Below, in pieces: positions 44,125 to 52,309 of a stretch of 64,000 bases of DNA. A program made the translations under genes and the position numbers. The notes below the pieces were generated by a model. The model saw nothing but the letters and a program-made list of their open reading frames with translations, did not search any database and was not told where the DNA came from. Source of the DNA: an uncultured Bacteroidales bacterium (GTDB lineage Bacteria; Bacteroidota; Bacteroidia; Bacteroidales; JAAYUG01); assembly GCA_964548125.1 (NCBI GenBank), contig CAZJQN010000001.1, positions 34,303-98,302 of the forward strand, given 5' to 3'. The number at the start of each line of letters is the position of its first letter. Positions within the stretch are counted from its first letter, which is position 1.

Positions 44125-46947
44125 ATGCCAGAGGTTGCGTCGGAAGGAAAGATAGTAATCAAAGGAGCCAGGGTCAACAATCTGAAATCGGTAAACCTGA
44201 CCCTTGATCGTGACAGGCTTATTGTTATTACAGGGTTATCAGGTTCTGGAAAATCTTCATTGGCTTTTGATACGATATATGCCGAAGGTCAGCGGCGCTA
44301 TGTAGAGAGTCTCTCGGCCTATGCACGTCAGTTTCTCGGGCGCATTCAAAAGCCTGAGGTGGACGTAATCAGGGGTCTTCCGCCGGCTATTGCTATTTCT
44401 CAGAAGCAGGGTGCACATAATCCAAGATCAACTGTAGGAACCACAACCGAAATTTATGATTATCTGAAGCTGCTTTACGCACGTATAGGGAAAACCTATT
44501 CACCCGTGAGCGGAAAGCTGGTTAAAAAACATTCTGTTACGGATGTGGTTGATTTTATTCTTCAGCAACCGGAAGGAAGTAAGCTGATTCTGGCATGCCC
44601 TTTACCATCATATGGAGAGAAAGACCTGCCGCAGATGCTCCGTCTTCTTTTGCAACAAGGAATAACAAGACTTATCTGTGGCGATAAAGCTATGCTAATA
44701 GAGGAAATGGAAGAAGAAGACTTGCGAAAATTGCAGCCTTCCTGCACACGCATGGTTATCGACCGTTTTGTGGTAGGGCATGATGACGATTCAGTAACCC
44801 GTTACGGTGATTCAGTTCAGACAGCCTTTACCCTTGGGCATGGAGAGTGCTGGATCATGTCGGGTGGTGAGGGAAAACCAACTATCAATGAACACTTTTC
44901 CGATCGCTTTGAAGCCGATGGAATCAGTTTTGAAGAACCCAATGAACTTATGTTCAGTTTCAACAGCCCGGTTGGCGCCTGTCCTATGTGTGAAGGGTAC
45001 GGAAGCATAATTGGTATTGATGAAAATCTCGTAGTACCTGATAAAGGTCTTTCTATATATGAAGATGCGATTGCCTGCTGGAAGGGTGAAAAAATGAAGC
45101 GTTGGAAAGAAAAGCTGATCTTGCAGGCCGACAAATTTGGATTTCCAATTCATAAACCATATTATCAGCTTACAGAGGAGCAGAAAAGGGTTTTGTGGGA
45201 AGGGAATAAATATTTTCCTGGTATTAATGCTTTTTTTCAGCATGTTGAGGAAAAGAAATACAAAATACAATACAGGGTATTGCTTTCCAGGTACAGAGGA
45301 AGAACGGTATGTCCGGAATGCAAGGGTGTGCGGCTCAAGAAACAGGCTGGGTGGGTTAAAATAGGCGGGAAAAGTCTTCCGGAACTTGTCCAGCTTTCTT
45401 TAAATGAAGTGACAGACTTCTTTCGTTCCCTTCGCTTGTCAGCACACGAACGTGAAATCAGCTCACGACTGCTTGAAGAAATTATGAGTCGTTTGCAATA
45501 TCTCGAAGAGGTGGGGCTTGGGTATCTTACCCTTAATCGTTTGTCATCCACTCTTTCCGGAGGGGAATCACAGCGGATACGTCTGGCTACACAGCTGGGA
45601 AGTAATCTGACCGGCTCCTTGTATATACTTGACGAACCGAGCATCGGTCTGCACCCACGTGATACCGGATTGTTGATTCATGTGTTAAAGCATTTGCGTG
45701 ATTCGGGTAATACTGTTATGGTGGTTGAGCATGATGAGGAAATCATCAGGGCCGCTGATACGGTTGTTGATATAGGTCCTGGTGCCGGGAGGTTGGGTGG
45801 TGAGATTGTTTTCTGCGGAACGCATAAGGATCTGGAAAAGTCCAAAAACAGCCTTACTGCCGACTATCTTACGGGCAGGAAAGAGATTTCTATCCCTGAC
45901 AGGAGAAGAAAATGGAATAATTATATCGAAATCACAGGAGCCAGGGAGAACAATCTGAAGAACATCGACGTCAGGTTTCCTTTAAACATTCTGACCGTAG
46001 TTACAGGTGTCAGCGGTTCAGGAAAATCTTCTCTTGTATGCGATATTCTGTATCCTGCCCTGAAACGAATAATTCAGGATTCGGCTGAGAAAACGGGTCA
46101 ATTTGGAACTATCAAAGGAGATATCAAAACAATCAGGTCAGTTGAGATGGTTGACCAGAACCCAATCGGGCGTTCAAGCCGTTCCAATCCGGTTACCTAT
46201 ATTAAAGCCTGGGATGAAATCAGGAAATTATATGCATCTCAGCCTGTTGCTGAACATTACCGGTTGAATCCATCGCATTTTTCATTCAATGTAGAAGGAG
46301 GACGTTGCGAAGAATGCCAGGGGGAGGGAGTCATTCACATTGAAATGCAGTTCATGGCTGATGTAACGCTTGTGTGCGAAAGTTGCCAGGGAAAGCGTTT
46401 CAAAGAAGATGTTCTGGAAGTAACCTATCAGGGAGCCAATATATACGATGTGCTGGAAATGACGGTCGATGAAGCTATTGCATTTTTTGGCAAATCAGAG
46501 AATACTTTGAGCAGGCGAGTTGTGGAGAAACTTAGACCGCTTGCTGATGTAGGACTTGGATATATTAAGCTGGGACAGTCGTCCAGCACTCTGAGTGGTG
46601 GTGAAAGCCAGAGGGTAAAACTGGCGTCCTTCCTGAGTCATGAAAATGCGGAAGGAGGTACTGTTTTTATATTTGATGAACCCACTACAGGTCTTCACTT
46701 CCATGACATAAGAAAACTTCTGGATGCTTTTCAGGCTTTGATAGAACATGGCAATTCCATTATTGTGATAGAACACAACATGGAAGTCATCAAATGTGCC
46801 GATTGGATAATTGACCTTGGTCCGGAAAGCGGAAACAATGGTGGAAATTTAGTTTGTGAAGGCACCCCCGAAATGGTTGCTGCATGCGAACAATCGTATA
46901 CCGGGAAGTTTCTTCGGAAAAAGCTCAGGCAGTTTACTTCTCTTTGA
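44125..46947 (+). CDS. uvrA: Excinuclease ABC subunit A
   Basis: There are two ABC ATPase modules (GLSGSGKSSLAFDT and GVSGSGKSSLV), zinc-finger CxxC pairs and LSGGE(S)QR signatures. The track start at 44104 is TTG, so ATG 44125 is preferred. Confidence 0.95.
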   Translation: MPEVASEGKIVIKGARVNNLKSVNLTLDRDRLIVITGLSGSGKSSLAFDTIYAEGQRRYVESLSAYARQFLGRIQKPEVDVIRGLPPAIAISQKQGAHNPRSTVGTTTEIYDYLKLLYARIGKTYSPVSGKLVKKHSVTDVVDFILQQPEGSKLILACPLPSYGEKDLPQMLRLLLQQGITRLICGDKAMLIEEMEEEDLRKLQPSCTRMVIDRFVVGHDDDSVTRYGDSVQTAFTLGHGECWIMSGGEGKPTINEHFSDRFEADGISFEEPNELMFSFNSPVGACPMCEGYGSIIGIDENLVVPDKGLSIYEDAIACWKGEKMKRWKEKLILQADKFGFPIHKPYYQLTEEQKRVLWEGNKYFPGINAFFQHVEEKKYKIQYRVLLSRYRGRTVCPECKGVRLKKQAGWVKIGGKSLPELVQLSLNEVTDFFRSLRLSAHEREISSRLLEEIMSRLQYLEEVGLGYLTLNRLSSTLSGGESQRIRLATQLGSNLTGSLYILDEPSIGLHPRDTGLLIHVLKHLRDSGNTVMVVEHDEEIIRAADTVVDIGPGAGRLGGEIVFCGTHKDLEKSKNSLTADYLTGRKEISIPDRRRKWNNYIEITGARENNLKNIDVRFPLNILTVVTGVSGSGKSSLVCDILYPALKRIIQDSAEKTGQFGTIKGDIKTIRSVEMVDQNPIGRSSRSNPVTYIKAWDEIRKLYASQPVAEHYRLNPSHFSFNVEGGRCEECQGEGVIHIEMQFMADVTLVCESCQGKRFKEDVLEVTYQGANIYDVLEMTVDEAIAFFGKSENTLSRRVVEKLRPLADVGLGYIKLGQSSSTLSGGESQRVKLASFLSHENAEGGTVFIFDEPTTGLHFHDIRKLLDAFQALIEHGNSIIVIEHNMEVIKCADWIIDLGPESGNNGGNLVCEGTPEMVAACEQSYTGKFLRKKLRQFTSL

Positions 46948-47374
46948 ATCCAAACATAATAGCAACGCAACCTTGCTGAATTGCATCAGGACTCGACCCT
47001 GAAGAAGGAACTTTTACATAAATTTTTAGCTGCTGGCTTGACTCAAGCTTAAAATCCCAGGTCTTGGCATAGTTGTTTTTCTTGTTGTCGTACAGAACAT
47101 TTTTGTTGGCATCAATCACCTTGAATTCGATGGGAGGCAGAGCATCTGAACCGCAGATAGCAATACGATACTCCTGGTCAGAATAAAAGGTTTTGTAAAG
47201 TTCTGCTTCTTCACCTTCAACAAGAACAGCGGCGTGAAAATTGCCATCATGAATATAGGGAGTAAGTTCGAGTTTGCAGATTTTTTTGGCGAATCCTTTA
47301 CATTGAGCATTCCCGTAGAGGGGTACCATGACCAAAATTGCTATAGCAAGGGTTGCTTGTAAGACTCTTTTCAT
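46934..47374 (-). CDS. Hypothetical secreted protein
   Basis: 146 aa. The signal peptide is MKRVLQATLAIAILVMVPLYGNAQ. The 3' end overlaps the uvrA 3' end by 14 nt (convergent). Confidence 0.65.
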   Translation of the reverse strand: MKRVLQATLAIAILVMVPLYGNAQCKGFAKKICKLELTPYIHDGNFHAAVLVEGEEAELYKTFYSDQEYRIAICGSDALPPIEFKVIDANKNVLYDNKKNNYAKTWDFKLESSQQLKIYVKVPSSGSSPDAIQQGCVAIMFGFKEK

Positions 47375-47386
47375 ACGTCGCGGTAT

Positions 47387-48310
47387 TTATAATGTAAAGT
47401 TGGTTCTGATGTCTTTGGCCTTCTCGCGCAATTCATCAAATATTTCCTGAGTGATCTGAATTTCTGACTTGGATTTGAGGAGTGTTACATTAGTTTTAGG
47501 ATCTTCTACGGGTGTGATAGCAGAGGTTTTGATGGTAATCTTGTCAAAAGTTTTTTTCAGATCATTCATTTGCTCAAGAATGCTTTCAACATCAGGATTT
47601 TCTTTATTTTCTTCAAGAAGTCGCAGTACAATTTCAAGCGAAAACTTTTGCTCCACAATTCGTTCTACAAGTTTATTTCCTTTCACCGGACTTTTTCCCA
47701 CGAGTTGGGTGGCAATGTACAGGCCTTCAACCCATCCGCCGACCAATACGATACTAGCCACTGCCTTACGCTCGTTTTCCAGCAGGAAGGAGTTGGACGA
47801 CATGAGTGTTTCAGAAATAATATTCATCAGTTCGTCCCGGTTGTTCACGTTTTCTTCCAGCCGATCAATTGTAGTCTGGTCGATGGCATCAAGAATGCCC
47901 AGACCATCGGCCATCTTTTTAGCGGCCTGCATATAGTTTATAGAGGTCTGTGTCTGGTCAAAAAGGCTGGCAAAACTGAGGTCGGTTGAGAAGATTCCCA
48001 GATTCAACGCCATCTGTCTGTTGGTGGTATAGTTATTGGCGTTAGATAAGGGGTTGAGAAGGCTTTCGTTATACTTGGCTCCAGCTGACTTCAGCAGCAC
48101 TGCTGTTTCAAGCGGTGAGGGGAGTGAATAAAATACTTTTTTTGCTTCGTTTAAATCTTCAAATATCTCATCACCTGCAGTAAGATCTACGGTATTTTGT
48201 TCATTACTGGTATTCTTACTCCCTTCTGACCGGCATCCGTTTATTATGGCAAATGCGAGTAACAAGCCGAGAAAGGAAACGGTTTTGACAGAAATATTTC
48301 GCAGCCACAT
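47387..48310 (-). CDS. Hypothetical lipoprotein, predominantly helical
   Basis: 307 aa. It has a signal peptide with a lipobox-like AIINGC. It ends 12 nt upstream of the 146-aa gene on the same strand. Confidence 0.65.
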   Translation of the reverse strand: MWLRNISVKTVSFLGLLLAFAIINGCRSEGSKNTSNEQNTVDLTAGDEIFEDLNEAKKVFYSLPSPLETAVLLKSAGAKYNESLLNPLSNANNYTTNRQMALNLGIFSTDLSFASLFDQTQTSINYMQAAKKMADGLGILDAIDQTTIDRLEENVNNRDELMNIISETLMSSNSFLLENERKAVASIVLVGGWVEGLYIATQLVGKSPVKGNKLVERIVEQKFSLEIVLRLLEENKENPDVESILEQMNDLKKTFDKITIKTSAITPVEDPKTNVTLLKSKSEIQITQEIFDELREKAKDIRTNFTL

Positions 48311-48505
48311 AGGGTTAGGGTTTAATTGTCGTTGTTTGACTTATGTGAGTAAAAGTACAAATTTTTTAAATAAAAAAAATAATGGGTGATTAAATTTGAT
48401 TCAGGTTGATTACAAGTTCCGGAAAATGTTTTACTCGTAACAGAAGTATCTCTCTGGGTATAGATTGACATATTTTTAAATAACAATGATTGCAGAATCC
48501 CGCTG

Positions 48506-49384
48506 TCAGTATATTCGGTCAGTCAATAAGTCGTCATAGGAAGAGTCGAGCGAATCAGTCCACCCTATAAGATAACTGGTTAATGCGCCGATAGACATGC
48601 TTTCAATGTTTCGCCCGTATGGATCCTGCATAATATCGTCAGGGAACTCGTGCTGTGCCAGCCTGATTTTACTTTGACTTCTGCGGAATGGGGTTTTGTA
48701 CAGATCGGCTGCTCCGAAAAGATGCAGGATATTGTGCGCAATTTCTGAAGGGTATTTATAACTAATAATCCCAAACTCAACATCGTTAGTATCGAATGTG
48801 TTTACTTGAAGTGAGATGTCAACTCTATAATAATTATTTAGAAAAAACATGAGGGCAACACTTTCAACAGCATGGTCGTCGCGCAAAAAGGCTACTAATC
48901 TTTCCTTGTTCCTTGGATTTTTGATTTCGGGAATTCCGTCTTTTTCAGGCATTACATAAGCACTTCCAACCCTTTTGGCTATATTATCTCCCCATGTGTT
49001 TAGTTCTTCCAGTCCCTTTCTTAGTCCAAGTTTGTCAATGGTTTTGCTTACCGTACCATAGGTCAGGTTCCTGCTTATGGTTGAATATTCCTTACCTATA
49101 TAATAATCTGTTTTTATTCGCAAGGGAATTCCTGCTGATGCTGCCTGGTTGTGCAGCCATTTTACGGCTGTTGAAATAGAGTCGAGGGTGGTTCGGATAT
49201 CAAATTCAGTCCAGGGTGCTGATTCTTTGTTGTCAACGAAAACAAAGTAAATCAACACATCTCCTTTCAGAAACTTGCATACATTTTTGTTACGGCTTTC
49301 TCTGTAGTCGATCCGTTTCAGAGAAAAGGAAGAGGGGATCAAGGTAAGCCCTGCAACAATCAGAATCCCTGCAATGATTCGCAT
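48506..49384 (-). CDS. Membrane-anchored hypothetical protein with degenerate metzincin-like motif HNILHLFGAAD
   Basis: The track ORF (48506-49450) starts at a TTG overlapping the nth stop. The first ATG, 49384, gives MRIIAGILIVAGLTLIPSS (N-terminal anchor). The motif HNxxHxxGxxD lies at 48704-48736. Confidence 0.65.
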   Translation of the reverse strand: MRIIAGILIVAGLTLIPSSFSLKRIDYRESRNKNVCKFLKGDVLIYFVFVDNKESAPWTEFDIRTTLDSISTAVKWLHNQAASAGIPLRIKTDYYIGKEYSTISRNLTYGTVSKTIDKLGLRKGLEELNTWGDNIAKRVGSAYVMPEKDGIPEIKNPRNKERLVAFLRDDHAVESVALMFFLNNYYRVDISLQVNTFDTNDVEFGIISYKYPSEIAHNILHLFGAADLYKTPFRRSQSKIRLAQHEFPDDIMQDPYGRNIESMSIGALTSYLIGWTDSLDSSYDDLLTDRIY

Positions 49385-49446
49385 AACTATAAAAAAGCTT
49401 GCTGTCAAAAATAATAAAACATTTTGAGCATTGCATGCTGGCCTTA

Positions 49447-50103
49447 TCAAACTGGCTTATTGTGCTGGTTATAATATTTGCAAATCCCGGTAAGTCCGCA
49501 TTGATCGCATTTGGGTTTTCGTGCCTGACAAATGTAACGTCCGTGAAGTATTAACCAGTGATGGGCTTTGGGAATGAGGCTTTCGGGGATAAATTCCACC
49601 AACTGTTTTTCGGTCTGCAGTGGATTTTTTGCCCTGTACGTAAGTCCAAGACGGGCGGCTACCCTAAAAACATGTGTGTCTACGGCAAGTACCGGCCGGT
49701 TATATATTACAGAGGCCATAACATGGGCTGTTTTTCTCCCAACTCCCGGTATCTTTTGCAGTTCAGCCGTATCCTCCGGTATCATCCCGTTGAACTTTTC
49801 CACAACCGTTTTAGCCATTCCAACCAGATACCTGGCTTTACTGTTGGGATAGGAACAAGAACTGATAAGCGGGAATACCTCTTTTTCGGTCGCTTTGGCC
49901 AGAGTATAAACGTCGGGAAATCGTTTAAAAAATGCAGGAGTAATCAGATTAACTCTTTTATCGGTGCATTGGGCAGACAGAATTACAGCTACGAGCAATT
50001 CATATGGATTCTTATAGAGAAGTTCTGTCTCAGCTACCGGCATTTTTTCAGAAAAATAGGCAATGAACTTCTCAAAACGCTCCCTGCGTGTCATATTAAA
50101 CAT
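49447..50103 (-). CDS. nth: Endonuclease III
   Basis: 218 aa. The HhH-GPD motif is LQKIPGVGRKTAHVM and the C-terminal 4Fe-4S cluster motif is CQARKPKCDQCGLTGICKYY. Confidence 0.93.
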   Translation of the reverse strand: MFNMTRRERFEKFIAYFSEKMPVAETELLYKNPYELLVAVILSAQCTDKRVNLITPAFFKRFPDVYTLAKATEKEVFPLISSCSYPNSKARYLVGMAKTVVEKFNGMIPEDTAELQKIPGVGRKTAHVMASVIYNRPVLAVDTHVFRVAARLGLTYRAKNPLQTEKQLVEFIPESLIPKAHHWLILHGRYICQARKPKCDQCGLTGICKYYNQHNKPV

Positions 50104-50130
50104 ATGGTTATTTTACAAGTATAAATATTT

Positions 50131-50162
50131 TTTGCATTTCTCTTCACAAAATATTATATTTG
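50131..50162 (+). promoter_or_regulatory. Putative Bacteroidota-type promoter (-33 TTTG / -7 TATATTTG) for the aro/phe/tyr operon leader
   Basis: TTTG at 50131-50134 and TATATTTG at 50155-50162 lie 20 bp apart. This matches the TTTG / TAnnTTTG consensus and spacing reported for Bacteroides promoters. Confidence 0.5.
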
Positions 50163-50187
50163 TCGCTGAATAACCTTTTAAGCAATC

Positions 50188-50238
50188 ATGAGCAACATCA
50201 TATCAGGTTTTTATTTTTATTTTTTTGGAATAACGTGA
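50188..50238 (+). CDS. Putative Phe/Tyr-rich leader peptide MSNIISGFYFYFFGIT (16 aa)
   Basis: ATG is at 50188 and TGA at 50236-50238. There are six consecutive aromatic codons, TTT TAT TTT TAT TTT TTT (50209-50226). Alternative hairpins follow immediately downstream. Confidence 0.6.
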   Translation: MSNIISGFYFYFFGIT

Positions 50239-50239
50239 C

Positions 50240-50280
50240 GGGATTATCTGGACGCGCAGTAAGCGTTTTGTGATAATCCC
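50240..50280 (+). promoter_or_regulatory. Putative antiterminator hairpin of the leader
   Basis: GGGATTATC (50240-50248) is the perfect complement of GATAATCCC (50272-50280). An internal ACGC/GCGT mini-stem is also present. The 3' arm shares ATCCC with the terminator's 5' arm. Confidence 0.55.
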
Positions 50281-50305
50281 GGACAGTATCCGGGATTTTT
50301 TTTTT
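50276..50305 (+). terminator. Intrinsic terminator (attenuator) 4 nt upstream of pheA
   Basis: ATCCCGGA (50276-50283), loop CAGTA and TCCGGGAT (50289-50296) form a hairpin that runs into a T-tract ending at 50305. Confidence 0.75.
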
Positions 50306-50309
50306 AAAT

Positions 50310-51182
50310 ATGGTTACTATGGATTCATTAACAAAAAACAAAACATTACGGATTGCCATTCAGGGTGGCTTTGGAGCATTTCATGACATAGCTGCTCACC
50401 TGTATTTTGAAAACCAGCCGGTAGAAATCATACCCAATGATACGTTTAAGGATCTTTTTGCATCGCTTAAATCAAGGGAGGCTGACATGGGAATAATGGC
50501 CATCGAAAATTCCCTGGCCGGCAGTATTCTCCCCAATTATACCATTCTCAAGGAATCAGGAATGAAAATTATTGGAGAAATTTATCTTCAGATTACCTTA
50601 AACCTGGTAGCACTTCCGGGTCAGGCTATCAGCGATCTCAGGGAGGTTTATTCTCACCCGATGGCAATACTTCAGTCGCAGCAGTTTTTTGGCAATTATC
50701 CCCATATCAGGCTGGTAGATAGCATTGATACTGCTATCAGTGCAAGGGAAATAGCTGAAAAACAAATAAGGGGAGTTGGTGCGATTGCCAGTAAGTATGC
50801 TGCTGAGAAATATGGTCTGGAAATTTTAGCCGAGGGGATTGAAAGTAATAAAATGAATTACACGCGTTTCCTCATTGTTAAAGACACTAATGGTAACATT
50901 AAAGGAAATGGTCGAATCAACAAGTCATCGGTTTCTTTTTCGCTTGCACATGAAATCGGTGGCCTGTCGAAAATACTTTCTATTTTGTCGTACTATAACA
51001 TGAACCTGACCAAGATTCAGTCGATGCCTATACCGGGCAGAGACTGGGAATATCATTTTTATGTAGATATGATGTTTACTGACTATCGTTTATATCTTCA
51101 ATCACTTGAGGCTATAAGGCCTTTCACAAGTGATCTTACCATTCTTGGTGAATACGAAAAGGGCAAATCAGTTACAGGATAA
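50310..51182 (+). CDS. pheA: Prephenate dehydratase (PDT + ACT domains)
   Basis: 290 aa. RIAIQGGFGAFHD, the TRF motif (YTRFLIV) and a C-terminal ACT-like region (GGLSKILSIL) are present. Confidence 0.9.
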   Translation: MVTMDSLTKNKTLRIAIQGGFGAFHDIAAHLYFENQPVEIIPNDTFKDLFASLKSREADMGIMAIENSLAGSILPNYTILKESGMKIIGEIYLQITLNLVALPGQAISDLREVYSHPMAILQSQQFFGNYPHIRLVDSIDTAISAREIAEKQIRGVGAIASKYAAEKYGLEILAEGIESNKMNYTRFLIVKDTNGNIKGNGRINKSSVSFSLAHEIGGLSKILSILSYYNMNLTKIQSMPIPGRDWEYHFYVDMMFTDYRLYLQSLEAIRPFTSDLTILGEYEKGKSVTG

Positions 51183-51193
51183 AAAGTACAAAT

Positions 51194-52297
51194 ATGAAAA
51201 TTGATCCATTCAAGTTACCGGGGGTTTCAGAGGAGAGGCCTCTAATTATCGCCGGGCCGTGCAGTGCCGAATCAGAAGAACAGGTGCTTACGGTGGCACT
51301 TGCAATATCACAAATGGGCATACGGATTTTTAGGTCCGGATTGTGGAAACCCAGAACTCGTCCGAATGCATTTGAGGGGCATGGTTCAGCCGCTCTTCCC
51401 TGGCTCCGGCGTGTAAAAGAAGAGACAGGAATGTATATCGCTACTGAGGTCGCCAATGTAAAACATGTATACGAAGCCCTCAGGGGAGGAATTGATATCG
51501 TGTGGATTGGCGCCCGTACTTCTGCCAATCCTTTTGCTGTTCAGGAAATTGCTGATTCCCTGAAGGGAGTGGATATTCCGGTTCTCATTAAGAATCCGGT
51601 GAATCCGGACCTTGAGTTATGGATTGGTGCTATTGAGCGACTTTATCATTCAGGAATCCGCCGGCTGGGGGTCATTCACAGGGGCTTCTCAAAATACGAG
51701 CAGACGGCGTACCGAAACCACCCGCAATGGCAGATACCCATTGAACTGAAACGCAGATATCCGGAACTAACCATCATTACTGACCCCAGCCATATCTGCG
51801 GCAACAGAGAGAACCTCCTGCAGGTTTCTCAGCAAGCCATGGACCTCAACTTTGACGGACTGATTATTGAAACACACCACGATCCCGATAATGCCCTCAG
51901 TGATGCCAAACAGCAAATAACACCCGATCAACTAAAACACCTTCTTTCCAGGATAGTTTTACGTCACCAGGAAGTCGACGCAGTTGCCAGAGTGACCCTC
52001 GATGAACTCCGGGAACAAATTGATCAGTATGATGATCAGCTCATGAACCTCCTGGAAAAGAGAATGGGAATTTCTGAAAAAATCGGAGAGTATAAGCGGA
52101 AAAATAATATTACTATCTTACAAACCCGCCGATGGGATGAGATTATTACCAACCGTGTAAAGCAAGGACTGGAAAAAGGCCTTAGTATGGAGTTCGTAAC
52201 TAAAATTTTCGAAGCTATTCATCAGGAATCCATTAATCATCAGACAACCGTAATGAACAGACAGGATGAAACCGTTTCAGATACGACACAAAAGTGA
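51194..52297 (+). CDS. Bifunctional 3-deoxy-7-phosphoheptulonate (DAHP) synthase / chorismate mutase type II
   Basis: 367 aa. The N-terminal half is a type I-beta DAHPS/KDO8PS-like barrel (IIAGPCSAESEEQ, LWKPRT, DPSH). The C-terminal ~90 aa form a chorismate mutase helix bundle (LDELREQIDQYDDQLMNLLEKRMGISEKIGEYK). Confidence 0.88.
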   Translation: MKIDPFKLPGVSEERPLIIAGPCSAESEEQVLTVALAISQMGIRIFRSGLWKPRTRPNAFEGHGSAALPWLRRVKEETGMYIATEVANVKHVYEALRGGIDIVWIGARTSANPFAVQEIADSLKGVDIPVLIKNPVNPDLELWIGAIERLYHSGIRRLGVIHRGFSKYEQTAYRNHPQWQIPIELKRRYPELTIITDPSHICGNRENLLQVSQQAMDLNFDGLIIETHHDPDNALSDAKQQITPDQLKHLLSRIVLRHQEVDAVARVTLDELREQIDQYDDQLMNLLEKRMGISEKIGEYKRKNNITILQTRRWDEIITNRVKQGLEKGLSMEFVTKIFEAIHQESINHQTTVMNRQDETVSDTTQK

Positions 52298-52309
52298 GTT
52301 ACAAACATT

